Below, one piece after another: positions 17,001 through 25,784 of a DNA stretch of 35,104 nucleotides (positions within the stretch are counted from its first letter, which is position 1; each line of letters starts with the position of its first letter). Under the pieces are notes generated by a model. It did no database searches. It had not been told where the DNA came from and was given only the letters and a program-made list of their open reading frames with translations. The DNA is from a bacterium (GTDB lineage Bacteria; Patescibacteriota; Minisyncoccia; UBA6257; 02-FULL-45-10c). The position numbers were made by a program, and so were the translations under genes. The stretch is taken from contig JAJYMK010000003.1 of NCBI GenBank assembly GCA_021786945.1, positions 1 to 35,104 on the forward strand, given 5' to 3'.

Positions 17001-18397
17001 ATGAGTTTGGGATAATTTCTGATATTTCAACTGCAACTATTTTTATAGCAGGTAATTCCATAGAAGATGTAGATTACTTTATCTTCAATCAAGATAAAAT
17101 ATTAAGCGTTGACCAGGGATCGTTTGGTCGTTTATTTAAACCTCAAGCCCTGGGCATTGTTAAATCCGTAACTTTAAATTTATTTAATGCGATTAATTAC
17201 GGGGATCTTCAGGGGATTTCAGATGTAACAGTTGAATTATATGATTGGGTTGGAGATAGCACTACTACAAATCCAATTATTGGAAGGGGTCAAAAATTGG
17301 CAGTAAGTTCTTCAAAACAATTTTATGCCAATAATTCCGGAGATTATGTATGGACCTTTGATAATAATAATCAGATAGCACTAGATCCAAACAGGTATTA
17401 CTATTTACAAATTAATTCGGTTTCTGTTCGGGGAAATCTAGTTTTGTTTTGGAGTTTATCGACCCCACCGAATTCAAGTGATAAGTACTTATATGTAATT
17501 ATTAAAGCCGCCGAAGATGGAGAGGTGGTTATCAATAACCCGATTGGCAACAATGTTTATTACGATACAAATATTAATTTTGCAGTTAAATACATAGAGC
17601 CCTTAAAAAATAAATATAATAGCTTATTTATTGAATTGAGGGATTTTTATACGGAAGAATTGGTTAGTGATCAGATTATAGATTTAAGTGATGATGACAA
17701 AGAAATTGGTTGGCATGAGAAAATTGGTGGATTAAATTTAAATCGTTTAGGTTATTTTAAATTAAAGATTTATTTGTCTGATTCTGAAAAAACAGAAATA
17801 AATTTTTCTGTATTTGGAGCCACTCCTAAAGAGGGGACGTTATTGAATCAAAATAAGGTTGATAACAGTGGGATTTGGAGCGATTCTTTTTCGGGTCAGA
17901 TATTTAGGCCGTTGGTATCTGGAAATATTGATAGCTTAACAATGAGTATAATTTCCGGCGATCCCAATGAAGTTCAAGCTGATAGTTACTGGAGTATTTA
18001 TGAGTGGAATGGTAACGGGAATGATTTGTCTGGATCAATTGGCGCTTTATTGGCTACAACAACTTCTAAATTTTTGATTCCTACAACTTATTATCCAGGA
18101 CCAGTAGTGGAAACATGGGAGCTTAGTGGTGTCAATGAAATAAATTTGGATTTTGAGAAGTATTATCTTTTGTCCTTAAATATTGTTCCTAGGGTTAATA
18201 CTGGTAGAGCCGCTAGATTGTATATGCAAGGATCAACAAATGGTTCTTTGATAGACGGAAGATTAATCGGATCCGGAATTAATCAGGGGGATTTATATTT
18301 GATAATCAACAAAAAAGTAGAAACCGAACCAATTCCGGCTCCGGAGCCAGTTAGTGATGGTTTTGATTTAGCATCAACTACTCAAGAAGCAATTTAA
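13997..18397 (+). CDS. Large secreted protein: Zn-dependent phospholipase C/S1-P1-like domain, two lamin-tail domains, PKD domain, FN3-like region and a duplicated C-terminal beta domain
   Basis: Signal peptide ending AFA|YETNTH; NHFYDP and LGHVLHLIQDASVPDH. LTD motifs INEVAWMG..EWIELKN and ITEIQ..DFIELYNP. PKD motif STDPDG.IV.YEWNFGDG..H.Y...GTY.V.L.V.DD. Confidence 0.8.
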   Translation: MENRKYVKFLIPICLVLGFFIVTARDAFAYETNTHAFLTKDAIQFYSEKAATSTMTDFESYLIDGSRREDDIPRWMNHFYDPVNSKGLTDSVLGSWSASKDWAVNADTQNQLKYKVPATIASILTAIQQGKISDLSAETNFTWNEALYYWMNGEKEKAAFALGHVLHLIQDASVPDHTRNDPHPDGSIFESWAGKYSLDNPDNDLLVRLKDKDLVGLNSLDLYFTGMAKYSNNNFYSADTILKNYQLPEINDFELIDNHYYYTGYLDGQKYYLLSKKSNFGSVIFASEGTITINNEIINKNYWSLLSTKSVQYSASAIKFFLSEADRLKNDSSFAKKNSFFAQVVDLTKQVISNIFGGNNSQDSNVVAEINLGDSQTNNLVSVASKDTTKDPVVENSPIDLLDTPDINDSVIESPEQVINEEEIVKESDIIPETENKEVVVKIAATTTPIIQNSPVISCGFETNKALTRKNVLINEVAWMGSIKSSSDEWIELKNTSNLEIDISNWQLLDKEEQVKVIFPDKSKIAPNSFLLLERTDDNTVPNIKADYIYTGSLSNSDEGLRLFDNGCNLVDEVLAGTTWPAGDSSNKRTMEKQADLTWSTYNGSGEGVGEALILGTPKKENSVKVVYSGGGSVSTAPVQNNSTPESKNTVTQPEKILITEIQITGGTGKTNNDFIELYNPGDIRINLNGYRLVKRTKSGTADTGIKSWTSDTFIEPKSFYLWANSDYSEIVAIPDVTTSGTLSNDNGIALRFGAEDTGVIIDSVAWGEAENIFKERLNFSENPAANNSIQRKVENGIFVDTNNNSADFEIKTCPSPKAQSNSCVVSENSNQAPSAFFDFSTTTPKINEEINFNAASSTDPDGAIVLYEWNFGDGAVASSTIATSTHSYVSTGTYSVNLMVYDDKNATSTISKNINIETELLNKPKKVSNFLAQYNKINKEVEFNWEESEDYLGATSTLVYRIKDLSVEPLLSDIVVTASTTATSTIDVFDREYVFGIEAIDEFGIISDISTATIFIAGNSIEDVDYFIFNQDKILSVDQGSFGRLFKPQALGIVKSVTLNLFNAINYGDLQGISDVTVELYDWVGDSTTTNPIIGRGQKLAVSSSKQFYANNSGDYVWTFDNNNQIALDPNRYYYLQINSVSVRGNLVLFWSLSTPPNSSDKYLYVIIKAAEDGEVVINNPIGNNVYYDTNINFAVKYIEPLKNKYNSLFIELRDFYTEELVSDQIIDLSDDDKEIGWHEKIGGLNLNRLGYFKLKIYLSDSEKTEINFSVFGATPKEGTLLNQNKVDNSGIWSDSFSGQIFRPLVSGNIDSLTMSIISGDPNEVQADSYWSIYEWNGNGNDLSGSIGALLATTTSKFLIPTTYYPGPVVETWELSGVNEINLDFEKYYLLSLNIVPRVNTGRAARLYMQGSTNGSLIDGRLIGSGINQGDLYLIINKKVETEPIPAPEPVSDGFDLASTTQEAI

Positions 18398-18454
18398 TTA
18401 TAAGGTGTATATTAATTTGTAATTTTTGTTCCAAAAAATCATAATATAGTTATC

Positions 18455-18829
18455 ATGAAACTTTTTAATGACTGGGAAAAGTATAAGAAAATATTGATTG
18501 ATGATCAGGCTAAGAGATTCGAAAAAGAGCCGGAAAATCAGAAAAGGATTGAAGAATTAACAAAAAAGTTTGATTTATTGCAGGCTGCTTTTGATCAGCT
18601 TTCCGATGAACAGAAGGCTATGCTTGAAAACGTACCTAGAACTAAGGAAGAATGGGAGAATTTTAATGAAATCGGGGACGATATGGATAAAAAAGAAGAA
18701 CAATTGGATGAGATTTGGACCGAGATAGATTCAGCAGTTGATCAGCTTCCGTTTAGTAGCGAGGAACTTAACGAAAAATTCAAGCAGTTGGCAATGCTTA
18801 TAGCCAAGAAGCATCATTTGAATAACTAG
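18455..18829 (+). CDS. Hypothetical acidic helical/coiled-coil protein
   Basis: 124-aa ORF, E/K/D-rich with heptad-like pattern; no recognisable motif. Confidence 0.65.
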   Translation: MKLFNDWEKYKKILIDDQAKRFEKEPENQKRIEELTKKFDLLQAAFDQLSDEQKAMLENVPRTKEEWENFNEIGDDMDKKEEQLDEIWTEIDSAVDQLPFSSEELNEKFKQLAMLIAKKHHLNN

Positions 18830-18909
18830 TTTTTAATTTGACTTTTGTTCTGATAGACTGCACAATTCCACATTAGAACCTTATTTCTTATTTTAAGAGG
18901 AGGCTGTTT

Positions 18910-19155
18910 ATGTTTAAGAATTGGAAATTTATCTATACCGAATCTGATCATGCTTTTATGAATAAGGATTCGATAAAGAAGGTGGTCGTGCCATTGAAGG
19001 CCCAGTGTGCCGATGATGCCGTAAAAGAAGGAAAAGAGCTCTGGGTAGCTAGGCTGAAAGAGGGCGAGGACGCCGAGGGAGCCAAAAAGATAAACGGAAC
19101 TTACTTTTGGCCCAACAATCCTAAAGTGGTTCTGGAAATAGACATAATTCCTTAA
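18910..19155 (+). CDS. Small hypothetical protein
   Basis: 81-aa ORF with a strong RBS (GAGGAGG, 18897-18903), a possible promoter TTGACT-N17-CACAAT (18838-18866) and a downstream terminator. Confidence 0.7.
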   Translation: MFKNWKFIYTESDHAFMNKDSIKKVVVPLKAQCADDAVKEGKELWVARLKEGEDAEGAKKINGTYFWPNNPKVVLEIDIIP

Positions 19156-19184
19156 AAGCTTTCATGATTGAGCTTATCAATCAC

Positions 19185-19214
19185 AAAAGCCCCGTTTAAC
19201 AACGGGGCTTTTTT
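19185..19214 (+). terminator. Intrinsic terminator, probably bidirectional
   Basis: AAAAGCCCCGTT-TAAC-AACGGGGCTTTT followed by TT; perfect 12-bp stem. Confidence 0.85.
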
Positions 19215-19217
19215 ATA

Positions 19218-19718
19218 ATGTATAATTACAATATGATTATTGTTTTAGACAACATTCGTAGCCTTTTTAATGTTGGCACGGTTTTTAGGACCGCTGATGC
19301 CGTTGGCGCCGAAAAAATATATTTGTGCGGCATTACACCGGAACCAATTGATAGATTCGGAAGAATTCGCCCGCAATTGGCCAAAGTTTCTTTAGGTGCC
19401 GAAAAAACAATGCCATGGGAATATAGTTTGAGTTGTATAAAAGTTTTAAACGACTTAAAAAAGAAAGGTTATAAAATTTTTGCGGTAGAGCAGGATAAAA
19501 AATCGATTCCTTATTTTCGACTTAAATTGAAAAAATCGGATTTAGAAAAAGTAGTTTTGGTTTTTGGAAACGAAGTGGACGGGGTTTCTAGAAACGTCCT
19601 TAAAAAATCAGATAAAATTTTGGAAATTCCTATGCTGGGAAAAAAAGAATCTTTGAATGTCAGTGTGAGTTTTGGAATCGTAGTTTTTGGTTTGAGATAC
19701 GGAAATATAAAAAAATAG
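19218..19718 (+). CDS. TrmH/SpoU family RNA 2'-O-methyltransferase
   Basis: LDNIRS.FNVG..FRTADA, LVFGNEVDGV, EIPMLG.KESLNVSVSFGI. The start may be the ATG at 19233. Confidence 0.92.
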   Translation: MYNYNMIIVLDNIRSLFNVGTVFRTADAVGAEKIYLCGITPEPIDRFGRIRPQLAKVSLGAEKTMPWEYSLSCIKVLNDLKKKGYKIFAVEQDKKSIPYFRLKLKKSDLEKVVLVFGNEVDGVSRNVLKKSDKILEIPMLGKKESLNVSVSFGIVVFGLRYGNIKK

Positions 19719-19787
19719 CATTTTTTTACTTATTTAGTGGCTTAGCGGGGTGCGATAGTTTTGTATTTGTTATAGTATTAAAATATT

Positions 19788-20867
19788 ATGATGAAAAATA
19801 AGAAAAAATTGAAAATTGCGCAAATTGCTCCGCTTTGGTTTCCGATTCCTCCTAAAAAATATGGCGGCATCGAAAGAGTGGTTGCGCAGCTTTGTGACGG
19901 GTTAGTTGATAGAGGGCATGATGTTACGCTTTTCGCCGCTCCGGGAAGTAAAACTAAAGCTAAATTAGTTAGTGTGTTTCCAAAACCACTGATAGAGGCC
20001 GGAGTTTCCTGGTCCGATCCTTTTTGGAATTTAAGAAATTTATCCAAGGCTTATAAATTAGCCGATATCGGCAAGTTCGATATCGTTCATTCACATCTTG
20101 ATATATGGACATTGCTTTTTCAGGATTTAGTAAAAGTTCCGACGTTGCACACGATGCATAATTCTCTTTATAAAACCGGAGTAGAAATAAATAAGGATTT
20201 CAGATTAAAACTTTTTAATGAAGAAAGAAAAAAAACCAACATTGTTTTTATCAGTAAGTCGGCTAAAAAACAGTCCGCTATTAAATTTAAAAAAGACAGG
20301 GTTATATATAATGGCATAAACCTTGATAAATATAAATTTAATCCCAAGGGCGGTGATCACTTCGTCTGGGTTTCCAGAGTCGATGATTATAAGGGTATCG
20401 AAACTGCGATAGCAGCGGCTGAAAAAATGAAAATAGAATTGTTGTTGGCCGGAAGGTTGGATAAAAGCCAGGTGAATTATTTTAACAGAAAAATTAAACC
20501 GCATTTAAATAAAAAAATTCGATATGTTGGTGAATTGACCGAGGATCAGCTTTCGGTTTTTTATGGAAAAGCAAAGGCTTTTATTTATCCGATTGCCTGG
20601 GAGGAGCCTTTTGGATTGGTTGTCGCCGAATCTATGGCTTGCGGAACCCCGGTAATAGCCTATAAACGCGGCTCTATGCCGGAATTGATTGAAAATGGCA
20701 AATCCGGTTTTGTTGTTAAAGATTTTAAGGGATTATTGAAAGCTATGAAAGAAATTGAAAAAATTGACAGAGGCGAGGTGAGGAGAAGGGTTGAAAAGTT
20801 TTTCAGTAAGGAAATTATGGTAAAAAATTATGAAGATTTTTATTACGAATTAATTTCCAAAAAATAA
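19788..20867 (+). CDS. Glycosyltransferase family 4
   Basis: PPKKYGGIERVV, GHDVTLFA, IYNGI, WEEPFGLVVAESMACGTPVIA. Confidence 0.92.
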   Translation: MMKNKKKLKIAQIAPLWFPIPPKKYGGIERVVAQLCDGLVDRGHDVTLFAAPGSKTKAKLVSVFPKPLIEAGVSWSDPFWNLRNLSKAYKLADIGKFDIVHSHLDIWTLLFQDLVKVPTLHTMHNSLYKTGVEINKDFRLKLFNEERKKTNIVFISKSAKKQSAIKFKKDRVIYNGINLDKYKFNPKGGDHFVWVSRVDDYKGIETAIAAAEKMKIELLLAGRLDKSQVNYFNRKIKPHLNKKIRYVGELTEDQLSVFYGKAKAFIYPIAWEEPFGLVVAESMACGTPVIAYKRGSMPELIENGKSGFVVKDFKGLLKAMKEIEKIDRGEVRRRVEKFFSKEIMVKNYEDFYYELISKK

Positions 20868-20870
20868 AAA

Positions 20871-21941
20871 ATGAAAATAGCAATGATGGTAGCGGGGCAA
20901 TTTCCCATTCCTCAGCCCCAAAATATTGTTTACGCACCCATGGATATAGCCGCTTATATAAGCGAAGAATTGGTAAAGCGCGGGCATACAGTTCATTTTT
21001 ATGCGCCAACCGGATCTAGGGTGAAGGCAAGTAAAATTATTTCAGGAAATTTATCACCTCTAGATAAAGTCATAAAAAAATTTGAAAAAAATGCTGATTT
21101 TTGCAAGATTTTTTCTCTGTGGGATCAATATTTAATTTCATTAATATTTAAAAATCACAAAAAAGAAAAATATGATTTAATTCATATTCATCCGGTTGAT
21201 AGGGCTTTGCCTTTTGCCCTTGAAAATTTTGATGTTCCGGTGGTTTATACCTTACACGATCCTATTTATTCATGGAGAGCAAAAATATTTAATTTGTTTT
21301 CAAGTAAGAATCAATATTATGTGCCTATCAGTAATGCTCAAAAAAAGCCCGCTCCAGAATTAAATTATTTAAAGACGATTTATAACGGGATAAAATTGGA
21401 AGAATTTCCTTTTTCGGAAAAATCGGGGGATTATTTGCTTTTTGTTGGTCGGATTATGAAAGAAAAGGGCGTTGCGGAAGCAGTTCAGATAGCCAAAAAA
21501 TTAAACGAGAAACTTTTGATTATTGGACCAACATCAAAAGATAATTATTGGAATAAAAAAATAAAGCCGTATCTCGGAAAAAAAATTAAATATATTGGAT
21601 ATGTTCCAAGAAAGAAATTGTTTAGATATTATAGAAACGCAAAGGCTTTTTTGTTTCCTTTACAATGGGACGAGCCTTTCGGTTTAACTATGACGGAGTC
21701 CATGGCTTGTGGAACTCCGGTAATAGCTTATAACCGTGGTTCTATTCCCGAAATTATTAGAAATGGAAAAAATGGATTTGTTGTAAAAAATTTAAAAGAA
21801 ATGATTGTTGCAATAAAAAATATTGAAAAAATAAACCGTAAGGAATGCCGTTCTAGCGTTGAGGCGCAATTTAGTTTTAAAACTATGGCCGATAATTATG
21901 AAAAAGAATTTTTGAAAATAATTAGAAAAAATAATGATTAG
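20871..21941 (+). CDS. Glycosyltransferase family 4 (tandem paralogue)
   Basis: GHTVHFYA, IYNGI, GRIMKEKG, WDEPFGLTMTESMACGTPVIAYNRGS. Confidence 0.92.
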   Translation: MKIAMMVAGQFPIPQPQNIVYAPMDIAAYISEELVKRGHTVHFYAPTGSRVKASKIISGNLSPLDKVIKKFEKNADFCKIFSLWDQYLISLIFKNHKKEKYDLIHIHPVDRALPFALENFDVPVVYTLHDPIYSWRAKIFNLFSSKNQYYVPISNAQKKPAPELNYLKTIYNGIKLEEFPFSEKSGDYLLFVGRIMKEKGVAEAVQIAKKLNEKLLIIGPTSKDNYWNKKIKPYLGKKIKYIGYVPRKKLFRYYRNAKAFLFPLQWDEPFGLTMTESMACGTPVIAYNRGSIPEIIRNGKNGFVVKNLKEMIVAIKNIEKINRKECRSSVEAQFSFKTMADNYEKEFLKIIRKNND

Positions 21942-22401
21942 ATTAAAGCGAATATTTTTATTTTCCGGATTTTTTGTTTTAACGGCTATTTTGGGATTTA
22001 TTTATTTTTTTGTAGGCCATAAATATGGAGTTGTAAGTATAAAAATAGGGGAAAATAGTTTTGATGCCGAAGTAGCCGAATCGATGGCGCAAAAAGCAAG
22101 GGGTCTTTCATATAGGGATAGCTTGGATAAAAAGGGTGCGATGTATTTTGATTTCGGGAAAGAGGATAAATACGGTTTTTGGATGATGGGTATGAAATTC
22201 CCTATAGATATAGTTTGGATAAAAAATAATATAGTGGTTGGTATAGAAAAAAATGTTCCGGCTCCGGTCGCGGGAACTCCGGAATCGGCTTTAAAAATTT
22301 ATTACCCCCCCGAAGCAATTGATAAGGTTGTTGAGATAAGCGCGGGTCTTAGCGATGAATTGGGTATAAAAATAGGAGATAATTTTGTTATCCTAAGATA
22401 A
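21934..22401 (+). CDS. DUF192 domain protein
   Basis: N-terminal TM; AEVAES...ARGLS.R, M.FDF, FWMMGMKFPIDIVWI, VVEISAG......IKIGD. Confidence 0.88.
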   Translation: MIRLKRIFLFSGFFVLTAILGFIYFFVGHKYGVVSIKIGENSFDAEVAESMAQKARGLSYRDSLDKKGAMYFDFGKEDKYGFWMMGMKFPIDIVWIKNNIVVGIEKNVPAPVAGTPESALKIYYPPEAIDKVVEISAGLSDELGIKIGDNFVILR

Positions 22402-23618
22402 TGGAGAACGAGGAAAAACCGAAAAAGATCATAGGTTTGACGCCCAATGTTTTTTGGCTGGGAGTTGTTAGTTTGATGAATGATTTTTCCGGAGAGATGG
22501 TTTATTCGGTAATGCCGGGATTTTTAACAACCGTTTTCGGAGCCCCGCCTATCTTAATTGGTTTTTTGGAGGGATTTGCTGATGCCTTGGCCAGCTTTCT
22601 TAAAATCTATTTTGGCTGGTTTTCCGATAAGATTAAAAAAAGAAAAATTTTATCCGTCATTGGTTACTCCGTTTCCACAACCACTCGCTGGTTTCTGGCT
22701 TTTACTTCAAATTATTGGCAAGTTTTCTTTTTAAGGGCTATTGATAGAAGCGGAAAAGGACTGAGGGACTCTCCTAGGGATGCCCTCATTTCGGAATCGG
22801 TTGAGGAGAGAGATTTAGGCAGATCTTTTGGGTATCATCGCGCCATGGATACTGCTGGAAAGGTACTAGGGCCTTTGTCTGCAATTGTTATTTTGCCGAT
22901 AATATTGAATGACTACAGACTGCTTTTTAAAATCGCTTTTGTTTTTGGAATTTTTGCGGTTATGTCATTTTTCTTTGTGAAAGAAATAGGGGGACGTAAG
23001 TCTGAATTAAAAAATGAAAACGAAGTTAAAGCTCTTGATTTCAAGAAAATTTTTTCTTTAAAAGAATATACGCCTGAATTTAAGATGTTTATTCTTTCGA
23101 TATTCATTTTTGGTTTAGGCCAAATGCCTATTGCCTTAACTCTTCTTAAATCAAGAGAGGTTGCGAATGGCAGTTTTTCTATTCCCCTTATGTATTTCAT
23201 TACAAACCTTGCCTTTGCTTTATTTGCTATTCCTGCGGGAAAAATATCGGATAAAATTGGGGAGAGAAAGATATTGGTTTTGGGATTTTTGGCCGCTATT
23301 ATCGGGTATGTAAACCTCGCTGTTTTTAAAAATATTTATTTTGTTGTTTTTGGTTTTGTCATGCTCGGTGTCTATTCGGCTATGACTGATGGCATTGAAA
23401 GAGCTCTGACAACAAAACTCGTCGTTAGAGAAAGATTGGCTGCTGGGCAGGGTTTTTTGAATGCGGCAGTCGGTATTTCCTCTTTACTTTCGAGTTTGAT
23501 TGGGGGTTGGATTTGGACATCTTTCGGTTCGGCTCCGGCATTTGCCTACGGAGTTTTTATGATGGTAGTGGGACTCTTTTCGTTTATTAATTTAAACAAG
23601 AACAGAGGCGTGGCTTAA
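22401..23618 (+). CDS. MFS transporter
   Basis: About 12 TM; GWFSDKIKKRK and GKISDKIGER motif A, DRSGKGLRDSPRDALI, FGYHRAMDTAG. Confidence 0.92.
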   Translation: MENEEKPKKIIGLTPNVFWLGVVSLMNDFSGEMVYSVMPGFLTTVFGAPPILIGFLEGFADALASFLKIYFGWFSDKIKKRKILSVIGYSVSTTTRWFLAFTSNYWQVFFLRAIDRSGKGLRDSPRDALISESVEERDLGRSFGYHRAMDTAGKVLGPLSAIVILPIILNDYRLLFKIAFVFGIFAVMSFFFVKEIGGRKSELKNENEVKALDFKKIFSLKEYTPEFKMFILSIFIFGLGQMPIALTLLKSREVANGSFSIPLMYFITNLAFALFAIPAGKISDKIGERKILVLGFLAAIIGYVNLAVFKNIYFVVFGFVMLGVYSAMTDGIERALTTKLVVRERLAAGQGFLNAAVGISSLLSSLIGGWIWTSFGSAPAFAYGVFMMVVGLFSFINLNKNRGVA

Positions 23619-23659
23619 TTTTATTTTTTTGGATTACCGCTAATAAAAAGGTTAATTTT

Positions 23660-23668
23660 TGTTATAAT
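23660..23668 (+). promoter_or_regulatory. Extended -10 promoter element upstream of gap
   Basis: TGTTATAAT, 26 bp before the gap ATG. Confidence 0.55.
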
Positions 23669-23694
23669 TAATATAAATAAATATTTATAAAAAT

Positions 23695-24714
23695 ATGAAA
23701 ATAAAAATTGCAATAAATGGTTTCGGCAGAATCGGTAGACTATTATTTAGAGAGATGTGGAAAGATGATAATTTTGAAATTGTAGCCATAAATGATTTGG
23801 GTGATATTGAAAACCTGGCTTATTTATTGAAATATGACACGGTTTACAGAAAATTTAACCAAGAGGTAGTGACGGGTAGTGGGGAATTGATAGTTGGTGG
23901 CAAAAAAATAAAGATATTACAAGAAAAGGAACCGTTAAAATTGCCCTGGAAAGATTTGGGAATTGATATAGTGGTTGAATCGACTGGGGTTTTTGATTCT
24001 TACGAAAAAGCTGAAGTACACTTGAAAGCCGGGGCTAAAAAAGTTGTGATAACCGCTCCGTCAAAGGATGCCGAAAGAGATGACGCTAAAACGGTTTTAA
24101 TGGGAATTAATGAGGCTAATTTTAAGGTTTGTAAAATTACTTCAAATGGATCGTGCACTACCAATGCTACTTCTCCGGTTGCGGAAATTATGAAGGAAAC
24201 TATTGGTATTAAAAAAGCAATTTTAAATACAGTGCATTCATATACAGCTACACAAAGCATAGTCGATGGTCCGGTCAGGGGAAAAGATTTTAGAAGGGGC
24301 AGGGCGGCAGCACAAAATATTTCTCCTTCTACTACCGGTGCGGCTATATCCGTTGCCCGCGCAATTCCAGAACTTGATGGAAAGTTCGGCGGCGTAGCTG
24401 TCAGGGTGCCAAGCATTACCGGGTCATTGGTTGACTTTACTTTTATTGCCGAGCGGGACACCACTGTTGAGGAGATAAACGAAATTTTTAAAAAAGCCGA
24501 GAAAGAAAAACGCTGGGAGGGCATATTTAAAACAACAGAAGATCAGATTGTTTCATCGGATATCATAGGTGAGCCGTATGGAGCCATAATCGATCTTAAA
24601 TTTACACAAGTTGTCGGCGGTGATTTAGTGAAGATTTTTTCTTGGTATGACAACGAGGCCGGATATGTTTCTGTTTTAATGAAACATATTCAAAAAGCAT
24701 CCGAGACTTTATAG
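23695..24714 (+). CDS. gap: Type I glyceraldehyde-3-phosphate dehydrogenase
   Basis: AINGFGRIGR, ESTGVF, SNGSCTTN (catalytic Cys), HSYTATQ, STTGAA, RVP..TGS, WYDNE.GY. Confidence 0.97.
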   Translation: MKIKIAINGFGRIGRLLFREMWKDDNFEIVAINDLGDIENLAYLLKYDTVYRKFNQEVVTGSGELIVGGKKIKILQEKEPLKLPWKDLGIDIVVESTGVFDSYEKAEVHLKAGAKKVVITAPSKDAERDDAKTVLMGINEANFKVCKITSNGSCTTNATSPVAEIMKETIGIKKAILNTVHSYTATQSIVDGPVRGKDFRRGRAAAQNISPSTTGAAISVARAIPELDGKFGGVAVRVPSITGSLVDFTFIAERDTTVEEINEIFKKAEKEKRWEGIFKTTEDQIVSSDIIGEPYGAIIDLKFTQVVGGDLVKIFSWYDNEAGYVSVLMKHIQKASETL

Positions 24715-24717
24715 TTT

Positions 24718-25776
24718 ATGAGAAATTACCTTGTTTTAACTGGTTTTTTGATTGGATTATTTTTTGGAATTATTTTGGTTGGAAGGCAGATTTCCGTTGC
24801 TTATGAGGATTCGATAAATAGGGACCTAGAGGCAAAAATATTGGCTATTAAAGCTTTTGAGGCTGAAAATCTTAAAAAAGCTCAGGATTCCAGAACGGCT
24901 AATATAATTTTAGTCGGAGATATAATGCTTTCTCGTGCTGTGGGTAAAAAAATGAATTCTGTAAATAATTTTAATTTTCCGTTTTTGAAAATATCAGATA
25001 CTTTAAGGGGCGCAGATTTCGTTTTCGCTAATTTAGAAGGACCTATTTCTAATGGCGGTAAAAATCAGGGAAGTGTTTATTCTTTCAGAGCAGATCCTAA
25101 AGTAATTGATGGTTTGGTTTTTGCTAATTTCGGAGTCTTGTCTTTGGCAAACAATCATATTTGGGATTATGGGCAATCTGCTTTGTTGGATACTTTTAAG
25201 AATTTAAAAAATGCCGGCATTTTATATGTTGGTGCTGGTGAAAACTCTGCGAAAGCCAATGAATTGGCTATAAAAGAAGTCAGGGGAAATAAAATCGGTT
25301 TTTTGGCTTACACGGATTTATATCCAAAAAGTTTTGAGGCCGGAAAAAATTATCCTGGGATAAGCAACTTTGATCTGAAAAATATTCTGAATAAAATATC
25401 TCAGGCCAAGGCCAGTAGTACTGTAGATTTTTTATTAGTTTCATTGCATTGGGGAGATGAGTATGCGGATGTTCCTACAGATAAACAGAAAGAAATAGCC
25501 AGACAGCTTATAGATGCGGGAGCGGATATTATTATTGGCCATCATCCTCACGTTGTTCAGCAATTTGAATCCTATAAAAACGGTTTAATTTTTTATAGTT
25601 TGGGTAATTTTGTTTTCGATCAAAACTTCTCCGAAGAAACAATGTCGGGATATTTGGTAAAGATAAAGCTTTTGGATAAAAAAATAAAAGATTGGAGCAT
25701 ATCAGGAACAATTATAAACAAAGATTTTCAGGCTGAGCTTGATGGTTTGGTTGGCGGACAAGATATCGCTAATTAA
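24718..25776 (+). CDS. CapA/PgsA family metallophosphoesterase-like protein
   Basis: N-terminal TM; VGDIML.R, ANLEGP, SLANNH.WDYG, SLHWGDEY, GHHPHVVQ, YSLGNFVFDQ. Confidence 0.92.
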   Translation: MRNYLVLTGFLIGLFFGIILVGRQISVAYEDSINRDLEAKILAIKAFEAENLKKAQDSRTANIILVGDIMLSRAVGKKMNSVNNFNFPFLKISDTLRGADFVFANLEGPISNGGKNQGSVYSFRADPKVIDGLVFANFGVLSLANNHIWDYGQSALLDTFKNLKNAGILYVGAGENSAKANELAIKEVRGNKIGFLAYTDLYPKSFEAGKNYPGISNFDLKNILNKISQAKASSTVDFLLVSLHWGDEYADVPTDKQKEIARQLIDAGADIIIGHHPHVVQQFESYKNGLIFYSLGNFVFDQNFSEETMSGYLVKIKLLDKKIKDWSISGTIINKDFQAELDGLVGGQDIAN

Positions 25777-25784
25777 GATATAAT

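Noticed and set aside
24718-25776. Poly-gamma-glutamate capsule operon
   Set aside because: Only the widespread CapA-family gene is present; there is no capB or capC in the window.
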